DNA from: an uncultured Chloroflexia bacterium
Lineage (GTDB): Bacteria > Chloroflexota > Chloroflexia > Thermomicrobiales > UBA6265
DNA length: 64,000 nt
Assembly: GCA_963724295.1 (NCBI GenBank)
Contig: CAVRUC010000010.1
Span: forward strand, 128,001-192,000
Direction of reading: 5' to 3'
Shown here: piece by piece, positions 42,501-51,484 of the stretch
How positions within the stretch are numbered: position 1 is the first letter of the stretch
Layout: every line of letters starts with the position of its first letter
The notes under the pieces: model-generated
Database searches by the model: none
Told to the model about the DNA's origin: nothing
What the model saw: the letters and a program-made list of their open reading frames with translations, nothing else
Translations under genes and position numbers: made by a program

Positions 42501-44178
42501 TGAGACGACCGGCGTTGAGCGTGTCGGTGCCAGCGTCGATCACGACGGTACCGGCATTGTCGAAGCGAACTAAGACGGTCGTCGTCCCGGCCGGGACGTT
42601 GGGCACCTTGACCACCGCCTCCTTGACGAGCCGGCCCTCGTTGCGGAAGGCCGCCTCGGCAGCGGCATTGCCGAGCGGGAACAGCGCCTGGTCGGCCGTA
42701 ACCTCGAGTGTGGCTCCCGCCGCATTGAGGAGCGTGGCGCCGCGGTGGATGAAGACGGTGCCCGCCCCAAGTGTGCCACTGCCGCCATTGGTGACCGTGC
42801 CAGCGACCAGCTCCTTTTGCCCTCCTCCATCCAGCGTGAGACCGCCACTCGTAGCCTGACCGGCGGTCAGCGCCCCGGCCCCGGCCTTGGCGCCGCCACT
42901 CCAGATGAATTCGCCTGGGACGGCCAAGGCAGCGGCCAGGTTGAGGGTGCCCCCGCTCAGCCGCAACTCCTTCCCGATCGTCGAGGCGGCACCGAGGGTG
43001 GTGGTCCCACTCGAGATCGTCAGTACACCGGGGAAAGTGAGCGCCTTCGTGAAGGTCACGGTGCTACGGCTGATAACCTCGCCGGTGCCCAGGAGGCCGC
43101 CGTTGAGGGTCTGGGTGGTCCCGGTGAGTTCCAGCGTCGCCCCGGTTTCGACCGTGAAGTCGCCGGCACTGCTGCCGCCGCCGCTGAGGATGAGTCGACC
43201 GGCGTTGAGCGTGCCGGCGCCGGAGTTGATCACAACGGTGCCGGCGTTGTCGAAGCGAACGGAGACCGACGTCGTCCCGACCGTGGCGCCGGCCTTCTTG
43301 ACGAGCGTGCCCTCGTTGCGGAAGGTCGCCTCGGCGGTGCCGCTGCCGAGCGGGAACAACCCCTGGTTGGCCGTGATCTCGAGCGTGGCTCCCGCCGCAT
43401 TGAGGAGCGTCGCGCCTCGGTGGATGAAGACCGTGCCCGCACCGAGCGTGCCGGCACCGGCATTGGTGACCGTGCCGGCCCGGAGCTCCTTTTGCCCGCC
43501 TCCATCCAGGGACAGCCCGCCTCTGGCCAGCAGCGTTCCGTTCCCCTCCTTGAAGCCACCACTCCAGGTGAACTTGCCCGAGACCCCCAGGGTCGCGGCA
43601 TGGTTGAGCGTGCCCCCGCTCAATGTCACCTTGCCGCCGATGGTCGACTCGAGACCTGCGACAGTGAAGGTGCCGTTCGTGAGGGTGAGGTCCTTGCGGC
43701 TTAGCAGGTCTCCTGCCAGCGAGAGGGAGCCTCCGGAGATCGTCAGGTTCTCGTCGCTGCTCAGGCTCGCGATCGTGGTAGTCAAGCCGTTGTAGACGAT
43801 GGTGGTACCGGAGAGGTCTGGCAGGCAGACGTGATCGCCCGCCGCCGGGACGCGGTCGAGGTCCCAGTTGCTGGGGTTAATCCAGAAGTCGGAGCCCGCG
43901 TCGCGGTTCCAGGTGATCGTCGTGGCGTCCGGGCATTCGAACGCAGGCGTCTGCGCCATGACCGGGGCAGCACCTGGGCTGGCGGCGGCGAGGAGCGCAA
44001 GCAGCAGGGCCGCGACATAGGCGAGCGGTGCCGTGGCACGTGCGGGGCGGGCGGCACGAGAAGCAATCGATCCCAGCATCATGGTCCATGCCTCGGCGCG
44101 AATCGCGCCCATCTCTATCGAGCGAACACCCGGCTGGCTCCATCGAAACATCCCGATCTCCGGATCGATGGTCACCAC
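36519..44178 (-). CDS. Giant secreted/surface protein (~2,500 aa): Gly-rich beta-helix-like repeats, PKD/Ig-like repeats, discoidin (F5/8-type) domain; broken by about 7 frameshifts
   Basis: Signal peptide; ORFs 42169..44178, 41769..42269, 40712..42226, 40596..40931, 38164..40626 and 36519..38291 join into one continuous repeat protein (VDWGDG, HTYADDG motifs; VWFDLG...ARYVRF). Confidence 0.8.
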
Positions 44179-44306
44179 AGCGCGTGCTCACGCCGCGTTC
44201 CGACGCTGCTACAGCCGCGGGCGCACGCGCGCGACGCGCGTCTGCCCCGGCTGGCTTACGGCTTGCTCTCACTCTAGGGGGCGTAGCAGGCTGCCGATAC
44301 GCAGAG

Positions 44307-44327
44307 TACCCACGCATTACCCACGCA
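44307..44327 (-). promoter_or_regulatory. Direct repeat TACCCACGCA x2 (11-bp period) upstream of the giant surface gene
   Basis: Exact 10-mer at 44307 and 44318; minus-strand TAGAGT (-10-like) at 44271-44276. Confidence 0.4.
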
Positions 44328-44721
44328 ATTGGCCATCACGGCTATTTCACCGGCCGTTTCGTCACCTCTTAGGCGCCTGAGGCTCCCTGGGCGTCGGCAA
44401 CCGCGCGATGAGCGCCATGATCGGCTCAAACGCGACGGCGTTGGGTTTCTCTCGGGGGTGGACGCACCGAACGTCGAGCGGAGCAGTTCAGCGGCGCCGT
44501 GAGCAGCCGAGCTGTACCAGCCACTGGTGGGCCCAGCCAGCAACCAGCAACTGGCCGGACAGACGGCGGGACGGAAAGTCCGACGTTGAGGGGTCGAGGC
44601 GATGGCAAGCCGGGGATGAGTTCCTGGGAGGCCCTCTTACTCATTCCCTCATACGCTAATGGGAAGGGACTTCCGAAAGCTGACGGCTATGGACAGCAGG
44701 GTGCGGGCACACCGCGCCTCG

Positions 44722-45189
44722 TTACGAATCGTCGCCGGGCGGCGCACGCAGCTCCTCGACCTCGCGGCGCAGGTCTTCGATGTCCTGGAACTGGCGGTAG
44801 ACCGAGGCGAAGCGGATGTAGGCGACTTCGTCGAGGGCTTTCAGCTCGCGCAGCACGCTCTCCCCGATTGCACTGGAGGGGACTTCGGCGGTGCCTCGGG
44901 CCAGGAGATCGGCTTCGACGCGGGTCAGGATGTCGTCGATCGCGTCCTCACCGACCGGGCGCTTCGTCAGCGCTACGCGGAGCTTCTGGCGCAGCTTGAC
45001 CGGATCGAAGTCCTGGCGGCGGCCGTCCTTCTTGACGACCATCAGGTTGGCGCCCTCGACCCGCTCGTAGGTGGTGAAGCGCCGAGCGCAGACCGAGCAC
45101 TCCCGGCGGCGGCGGATGCTGTCGCCCCCGCTCAGCTCGCGGCTGTCGATGACCCGGGTGTCGTCCGCACGGCAGAACGGGCAGCGCAC
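44722..45189 (-). CDS. nrdR: Transcriptional repressor NrdR
   Basis: MRCPFC...VIDSR...IRRRREC..C..RFTTYE; ATP cone; DEVAYIRFASVY. Confidence 0.97.
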   Translation of the reverse strand: MRCPFCRADDTRVIDSRELSGGDSIRRRRECSVCARRFTTYERVEGANLMVVKKDGRRQDFDPVKLRQKLRVALTKRPVGEDAIDDILTRVEADLLARGTAEVPSSAIGESVLRELKALDEVAYIRFASVYRQFQDIEDLRREVEELRAPPGDDS

Positions 45190-45239
45190 GCTTCCGCCTC
45201 AGGCTCGCCGGCGGTGATCCGGCACCACCGCTGCAGGCC

Positions 45240-46604
45240 CTATCGCTCGCGCAGGAACTTGATGATCGAGGACTCCGCCACCCAATCATCCTCCGGGTAA
45301 GGCGCGCCCGGTGAGGTGCCCTGTGTCGTGGCCCGGGGCGGTGAGGAGACCGGCGGAGGCGTCATCGGCCGGTAGGTCCGCTCCGGCTCGCGCATGGGGC
45401 GGGGCTCACGCGATACGCCGCGCAACGACGAATCGAAGAAGTCTCCATTCTGCTCGAACCCGGTGGCGATGAGGGTGATGCGCACGGAATCGCCGAGCGA
45501 CGGATCGACCGAGGTGCCGTAGATGATCTCGGCCTCCTCGTCGACGGCGGCCCGGATCACCTCGGCCGCCTCGCTGGTCTCGATGAGGGTGAGGTCCGTG
45601 CCGCCGGTGATGTTGTAGAGCACGCCCGTGGCGCCCTGGATGTTCATCTCCAGCAGCGGGCTCTCGATCGCCTGCTGCGCGGCGTCGATGCACCGCGTCT
45701 CGCCCGAGCCGTGGCCGATCGCCATCAAGGCCGACCCGGCTTCCTTCATCACCGTCTTCACGTCGGCGAAGTCGAGGTTGATGATCCCCGGCTTGATGAT
45801 CAGGTCGGAGATACCGCCGATCCCTTGCCGCAGGACATCATCGGCCATGCCGAAGGCCTCCTCGATCGAGGTCTTGGCATCGACCATATCGAGCAAGCGC
45901 TGATTGGGAATGACGATCAGCGCATCGACCGTCTCCCGCAGCCGGGCAATGCCCTCCTCGGCGGCGCGGCGGCGACGAGTGCCCTCGAAGTCGAACGGCT
46001 TGGTGACGACGCCGACGGTCAGCGCTCCGGCCGCGCGGGCATGCTTGGCGATCACGGGCGCCGCTCCGGTCCCCGTGCCACCACCCATGCCGGCGGTGAT
46101 GAAGACCATATCGGCCCCACGCACCATCTCGCCCAGGGTATCGGCGCTCTCCTCAGCCGCTCGCTCGCCGATCTCGGGACGTCCACCCGCGCCCAGCCCC
46201 TTGGTCAGCTTGTCGCCGATGCGGACGTAGACCGGAGCCTTGCTGCCCATCAGGGCCTGGGCGTCAGTGTTGACGGAGACGAACTCGATGCCGTCGACCC
46301 CGGCGTCGATCATCCGGTTGACGGCGTTGCCGCCCGCTCCGCCGATGCCGACGACTTTGATGTGCGCGAAGGTCTCGCGCATCACGTCGTCCCAGGAGGA
46401 GTCACGGGCGCGCACGGGCGCGGCGACAGGTCTGGACGGCGCTGGTGCTGGCGGTGGATCCGCGGGGCGTTCAGGTACCGGTGCGGCCATCTCCAGGGGC
46501 GCCGCGGCAGCGTCTAAGGAAGCGCGCGGGCGGTCATTTCGCTGGCCTTCCGGTTGTGGCGGCCGGCGCTGGCCGCGGACCGACCCTTGGTTGTGGGACT
46601 GCAT
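45240..46604 (-). CDS. ftsZ: Cell division protein FtsZ with long N-terminal extension
   Basis: [38 protein letters not shown]; start 46604 has a GGGGAG RBS (alternative ATG ~46382). Confidence 0.97.
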   Translation of the reverse strand: MQSHNQGSVRGQRRPPQPEGQRNDRPRASLDAAAAPLEMAAPVPERPADPPPAPAPSRPVAAPVRARDSSWDDVMRETFAHIKVVGIGGAGGNAVNRMIDAGVDGIEFVSVNTDAQALMGSKAPVYVRIGDKLTKGLGAGGRPEIGERAAEESADTLGEMVRGADMVFITAGMGGGTGTGAAPVIAKHARAAGALTVGVVTKPFDFEGTRRRRAAEEGIARLRETVDALIVIPNQRLLDMVDAKTSIEEAFGMADDVLRQGIGGISDLIIKPGIINLDFADVKTVMKEAGSALMAIGHGSGETRCIDAAQQAIESPLLEMNIQGATGVLYNITGGTDLTLIETSEAAEVIRAAVDEEAEIIYGTSVDPSLGDSVRITLIATGFEQNGDFFDSSLRGVSREPRPMREPERTYRPMTPPPVSSPPRATTQGTSPGAPYPEDDWVAESSIIKFLRER

Positions 46605-46830
46605 GCTTCTCCCCCATCCCGGAACGCGAACGCCTCCGCTGGCGCTGCAGGGCACCAGATCTGCTCGTCCGGCAGGCGCACCCGAGGGCTTGTGCTATCC
46701 GTCACCGCGGGGAAGGTGACGCGCGCGGCGCAGAAGACTCGACGAACGTCCCGGGGCAATGATGTTCACCGGATTGGAGCACACCCCAACCCGGCAGTCC
46801 GGTTTGCGCCGCGGAGCAACACCCTGCCGG

Positions 46831-46839
46831 AGTATAGCA
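46831..46839 (-). promoter_or_regulatory. Extended -10 (TGcTATACT), probable ftsZ promoter
   Basis: Reverse complement of agtatagca, about 230 nt upstream of ftsZ. Confidence 0.45.
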
Positions 46840-46991
46840 TCGGGTCTAGGGCAACTTCTGGGTAGCGATCAGTCCAAGATCGGTCGAGAGGGATGACCTG
46901 GCGAAGCCATTAGGTGCGCAGCGAGTACGTCATTGTCGATTGTCGCCGTTGCCGAACGACCAATTGATGTCACACGCGTAAGGAGTCTTCA

Positions 46992-47837
46992 GTGTCCGAA
47001 CTGCGCATCCTTATGAGCGGCCTGATGTTCCCCGAGTCACCACGATGGCACGACGATCGCCTGTGGCTCGCCGACTGGGGCGCGCAGGAGCTCGTTGCCG
47101 TCGATCTCCAGGGCCGGAGCGACGTCATCGTCAACGTGCCGTCATTTCCCTTTTCCATCGACTGGCTGCCCGATGGACGCCTGCTGATCGTCTCGGCGAG
47201 CGACAGGAAGCTCCTGCGCCGGGAGCGCGACGGATCAATGGTCACCCACGCCGACCTGAGCGGTCTCGCCGACCACCCCTGGAACGAGATCGTCGTGGAC
47301 GGACGCGGCAATGCTTACCTCAACAATATCGGCTTCGACTTTCCAGACGGCAAGTTCGCTACCGGCATCATCGCCCTGGTCACCCCCGATGGCTCGGTTC
47401 GCCAGGTGGCGGACGGGGTCGCTTTCCCCAACGGCATGGTCGTGACATCCGACAATGCGACGCTGATCGTCGCCGAATCCTACGCCTCCCGACTGACCGC
47501 CTTCGACATCACGCCTGATGGCGAACTCGCGAACCGGAGGCTGTGGTCCGACCTCGACGGCGGCGCCCCTGACGGCATCTGCCTCGATGCGGAAGGCGCT
47601 ATCTGGTACGGGGATGTCCCCAACAGACGCTGCGTGCGGGTTCGCGAAGGTGGAGAGGTGCTGCAGACGATTGAGCTCGATCGAGGCTGCTTCGCCTGCA
47701 TGCTCGGAGGCGAGGACGAGCAAACCTTGTTCCTGGTCGCGAACGAGTGGGGTGGCCCGGAGCGCATGGCCGACGGCGGGGCAATGGGACAGGTGCTGAC
47801 GACACAGGCCCCCGTACCAAGCGCTGGCTGGCCTTAG
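46992..47837 (+). CDS. SMP-30/gluconolactonase/LRE family protein
   Basis: FPESPRWH, WNEIVVD.RG, FPNGMV, LIVAES, PDGICLDAEG. Confidence 0.92.
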   Translation: MSELRILMSGLMFPESPRWHDDRLWLADWGAQELVAVDLQGRSDVIVNVPSFPFSIDWLPDGRLLIVSASDRKLLRRERDGSMVTHADLSGLADHPWNEIVVDGRGNAYLNNIGFDFPDGKFATGIIALVTPDGSVRQVADGVAFPNGMVVTSDNATLIVAESYASRLTAFDITPDGELANRRLWSDLDGGAPDGICLDAEGAIWYGDVPNRRCVRVREGGEVLQTIELDRGCFACMLGGEDEQTLFLVANEWGGPERMADGGAMGQVLTTQAPVPSAGWP

Positions 47838-47902
47838 GAACGGGGCGACGGCACAGTGCAGCGGCGAGCGCGTGGCACAGACACCGTTTCGCGAGACGCT
47901 CC

Positions 47903-49006
47903 TCAGACTGCCCGGCGTCGTTCCAGCGACCGCTCCAGCGCCAGTCCGATGAGCCGGTCCACGAGCTCATCCAGCGGCATTCCGCTCCCCTGCCAGAGAC
48001 GCGGATACATGCTGATGGCGGTAAATCCAGGAATCGTATTGACCTCATTGATGTAGATCTGGTCGGTATTGCGGTCCATGAAGAAATCGATCCGCGCCAT
48101 GCCGGCCAGATCAAGAGCGCGAAACGCCGCAATCGCCATCTCCTGGATCTCGGCCATCGTGCCGCGGTCGATCGGCGCCGGGACCAGGAGCTCCGAGTTT
48201 TCGTCGACATACTTGGCGTTGTAGTCGTAGAACTCGTTGCAGGGGACGACCTCGCCGACAATCGAGGCGATGGGCTCGTCGTTGCCGAGCACCGAGATCT
48301 CCAGCTCGCGGGCGTCGATCGCTTTCTCGATGAGGATGCGACGGTCGAAGCGGCAGGCCTCGCGCATTGCCGTCGGGAACTCGCTCGGGTCGTGCGCCTT
48401 GACTACACCCACGCTGGAGCCCATGTTCGCCGGCTTGACGAAACAGGGCCAGCCGAGGATCTCCCCCGCCCATTCCGTGCACACATCGGGATCGCGCTCC
48501 CACTCCTTGCGGGTGATGAGCCGCCATGGCGCCTGGGGCAAGCCTTCCTGAGCGAGGATCGTCTTCGCCATCGCCTTGTCCATGCTGAGCGCTGAGCCCA
48601 GCACCCCGGCTCCGACGTAGGGCACACCGGTCAGCTCCAGGAGTCCCTGCACCGTCCCGTCTTCGCCCATGGGACCGTGCAATACGGGAAAGACGACGTC
48701 GATACCGCCTGTAAACAGCGCGGGGACGGCGCTCTCCGCGGGCTCCTCGGACACCTCTGGGGCCGGCTCGCCCGTCGCGCCGTCGCCCAGGGCAAACAAG
48801 GGAGACGTCGCCGTCAACGCGGCGAAGGGATCGCCGCCGGTGAGCCAGTGGCCCTCGCGGGTGATGCCGATGGGAACCACCTCGTAGCGATCGGGGTCGA
48901 GCGCACCCATGACGGTTTCCGCCGAGCGGAGCGACACATCGTGCTCGCTCGACTGGCCACCGAACAGGACGGCCACCCGCACTTTGCCGCGGCGCCGTTC
49001 ATGCAT
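47903..49006 (-). CDS. ddl: D-alanine--D-alanine ligase
   Basis: LFGGQSSEHDVS, PVLHGPMGEDG, MDK, KPANMGSSVG, FYDYNAKY, NEVNTIPGFT. Confidence 0.96.
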   Translation of the reverse strand: MHERRRGKVRVAVLFGGQSSEHDVSLRSAETVMGALDPDRYEVVPIGITREGHWLTGGDPFAALTATSPLFALGDGATGEPAPEVSEEPAESAVPALFTGGIDVVFPVLHGPMGEDGTVQGLLELTGVPYVGAGVLGSALSMDKAMAKTILAQEGLPQAPWRLITRKEWERDPDVCTEWAGEILGWPCFVKPANMGSSVGVVKAHDPSEFPTAMREACRFDRRILIEKAIDARELEISVLGNDEPIASIVGEVVPCNEFYDYNAKYVDENSELLVPAPIDRGTMAEIQEMAIAAFRALDLAGMARIDFFMDRNTDQIYINEVNTIPGFTAISMYPRLWQGSGMPLDELVDRLIGLALERSLERRRAV

Positions 49007-49060
49007 CGACCGGTTCTCCCCTCTTGTCACTCATCGCCCGCCTGGACGTCTCCGTGCCCT

Positions 49061-51484
49061 TCACGTTGCCACTTCGAGTTGCAGGTACTCGACCTCACGC
49101 CGCAACTCTACTCCGAACCGATCGCGTACTCGCGCCTGCGCCGTGGCGATCAAGGCCCGCACGTCGGCTGCCGTCGCCGTGCCGTCGTTCACGATCCAGT
49201 TGGCGTGCTTGGGCGAGAATGCCGCGCCGCCGATGGCGAACCCCTTCAGGCCGCTCTCCTCGAGCAGACGTCCCGCGAAGTCGCCGGGCGGATTGGCGAA
49301 CGTCGAACCCGCGCAGGCGCCGGTCGGCTGCGTCTCCTTGCGAAACGCGGCGTGCTCGTCGGCGAGCCGTACCAGAGCAGCGGGATCGCCTTTCGGCAGG
49401 AGCATGATCGCCGCCAGCACCGTCCAGGGTCGCGGCCGCGGCGCCGCCTTGATGATCGTGTGCCGGTAGGCCGCTTCCAGCCACGCCGCCGGCCGCTCCT
49501 CGATCTCGCCCCGCTCGTTCAGGATGACCACCGCTTCGAGATGGTCGATCTGCTCGGTTCCATGCGCTCCGGCGTTGTTCACCGTGGCGCCGCCGATCGT
49601 CCCCGGCAGCCCGACGCCCCAGTCCATCCCGGACCAACCCCGCTCCGCGGCGTAGCGGCCGGTCCAGGACAAGGGGGCCTGGGCCGCCACCCGCAGCCGG
49701 ACGGCATCGCCTAGCTCCTCGACCTCGACCAGATCGACTGCTCGCTCGCCCGGCGTGCGTGCCAGCACGACGAGCCCGCGAATGCCCTCGTCATCGACCA
49801 GGAGATTGCTCCCGCCGCCGATAACCGTCACCGGCAGCCCCTCCTGTCGCCCCCAGGCGACAGCGGCAACGAGGTCGTCCGGAGTCGCCGCCCGCACCAG
49901 GAAATCGGCCGGTCCGCCGATGCGCCAGGTGGTGTGCAAGCGCATCGGCGCATCGCGGAGCACTTTCAGCTCCGAAGTGCCCGGGATCGTCATGACGTCC
50001 GCCCCGGCGCGACCTCGAGGACGCGGGCGCTCCGGAACGGAAGGCGGACCCGGCGGCGCGGTTTCTCGCGCCGGCACTTGCAGGCGATCGAGCAGCAGCG
50101 GTCCGGTATCGGTGATGGTGCCCGCCCCGAGCGTCAGCACCACGTCGCCCGCGGCGACGACCTCTGCCAGGAGACGCGCCGCGTCTGCCGGGTCGCGCGC
50201 GGTGAGTGTCCCGGCCGGCAAGAGCCGGACCAGATCGGCACTGGCGATACCCAGGTCGTCGGTCTCCCGCGCCGCGTAGACGTCGAGGATCATGACCCGG
50301 TCGGCGTCGACGAATGACGCGGCGAAATCGCGTAACAGCGCCTTGAGCCGGGAGAATGTGTGGGGCTGGAAGACCGCCCACAGGCGACGATCAGGGAACC
50401 GCTCCTTCGCCGCCCGTAACGTGACCGCGATCTCGCTCGGATGATGGGCGTAGTCATCGATCACCAGGACGCCGCGCGCTTCGCCCTTCGTTTCGAAGCG
50501 CCGCCCTACTCCCCGGAACGATTCGAGTGCCGCGGCGGCCGCCGCGGCGTCGTAGCCCAGGGAGACGAGCGCGGCGAGCGCGGCGGTCGCGTTCCGAGCG
50601 TTATGTCGCCCCGGAACCCCGAGTGACAGCGGCACGGCGATGTCATCGGGTCCGGTGACCCGCCACCCCTCTTCCGTCCGCTCCAGCCGCCAATCGGCGT
50701 CCGCCGATTCTCCAAACGTGACGACGCCGCGCGGTGGTGACCAGTCCTGCCGGGCCATCAGACGAGCGCAGCCCGGGTCGTCGGCGGCGATGACGAGCGC
50801 TCCTTCCGGACGCATGCCGGCGACGAACGTGGCGAATGCCGCGTCGTAGGCGTCCGTGTTGGGGAAGAGATCCGGGTGGTCGTACTCGACGTTGGTGATG
50901 ACCGCGACCCACGGATGGAGATGGAGGAAGGACCAGTCATACTCGTCGGCTTCGACGACCATCTCCTCTCCGGCGCCGGGCGCGGCGTTCGTGCCCGCCC
51001 CACCTAGCACCGCGCCGATGGCAAAGCTGGGGTCGGCGCCGAGCGCGCGCAGCGCCGCGACGATCATGCCGCTGGTGGTCGATTTGCCATGGCTCCCGGC
51101 GACGGCGACTCCGCGTCGCGCATCGGCCAGTGCCCCCAGCAGCCGCGCTCGCTTCACCAGCGGACGGCCCGCGCCAAGGGCAGCCGCGATCTCGGGGTTG
51201 TCCGGCCGCACCGCCGCCGTGGCGACGACCAGGTCGGCTTCCGCGGCCGCGTCTGTCGCGCTGTGCCCGATGGTGACGGCGATGCCCTCGCCTTTCAATT
51301 CTTCGAGGAGCGGCGACGCGGCGGCATCCGATCCCGAGACGGCGTAGCCCCAGGCATTGAGAATGCGGGCCAGACCGCTCATGCCGATGCCGCCGATGCC
51401 AACGAAATGGATACGGGCCGGTGAGGCAGGAAGCAACGCGTCGGTTGGGAGCGGTTTGCCCTCACCCCAACTCCTCTCAGCCAA
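49061..51484 (-). CDS. murC-murB: Fused UDP-N-acetylmuramate--L-alanine ligase / UDP-N-acetylenolpyruvoylglucosamine reductase (MurC-MurB)
   Basis: HFVGIGGIGMSG, GSHGKSTT, VEADEYD, DDYAHHP, FQPH, LGAG; Pro-rich linker; then HTTWRIGGPA, GGGSNLL, PGTIGGA..NAGA, GSTFANP, KHANWIVN in one frame. Confidence 0.9.
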   Translation of the reverse strand: MAERSWGEGKPLPTDALLPASPARIHFVGIGGIGMSGLARILNAWGYAVSGSDAAASPLLEELKGEGIAVTIGHSATDAAAEADLVVATAAVRPDNPEIAAALGAGRPLVKRARLLGALADARRGVAVAGSHGKSTTSGMIVAALRALGADPSFAIGAVLGGAGTNAAPGAGEEMVVEADEYDWSFLHLHPWVAVITNVEYDHPDLFPNTDAYDAAFATFVAGMRPEGALVIAADDPGCARLMARQDWSPPRGVVTFGESADADWRLERTEEGWRVTGPDDIAVPLSLGVPGRHNARNATAALAALVSLGYDAAAAAAALESFRGVGRRFETKGEARGVLVIDDYAHHPSEIAVTLRAAKERFPDRRLWAVFQPHTFSRLKALLRDFAASFVDADRVMILDVYAARETDDLGIASADLVRLLPAGTLTARDPADAARLLAEVVAAGDVVLTLGAGTITDTGPLLLDRLQVPARETAPPGPPSVPERPRPRGRAGADVMTIPGTSELKVLRDAPMRLHTTWRIGGPADFLVRAATPDDLVAAVAWGRQEGLPVTVIGGGSNLLVDDEGIRGLVVLARTPGERAVDLVEVEELGDAVRLRVAAQAPLSWTGRYAAERGWSGMDWGVGLPGTIGGATVNNAGAHGTEQIDHLEAVVILNERGEIEERPAAWLEAAYRHTIIKAAPRPRPWTVLAAIMLLPKGDPAALVRLADEHAAFRKETQPTGACAGSTFANPPGDFAGRLLEESGLKGFAIGGAAFSPKHANWIVNDGTATAADVRALIATAQARVRDRFGVELRREVEYLQLEVAT

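Noticed and set aside
44340..44720. c-di-GMP or other riboswitch upstream of the giant surface gene
   Set aside because: Only a GGTTGCCGA fragment resembles the GEMM 3' end; no GGCAAA / GAAA / GACGCAAAG core is visible.
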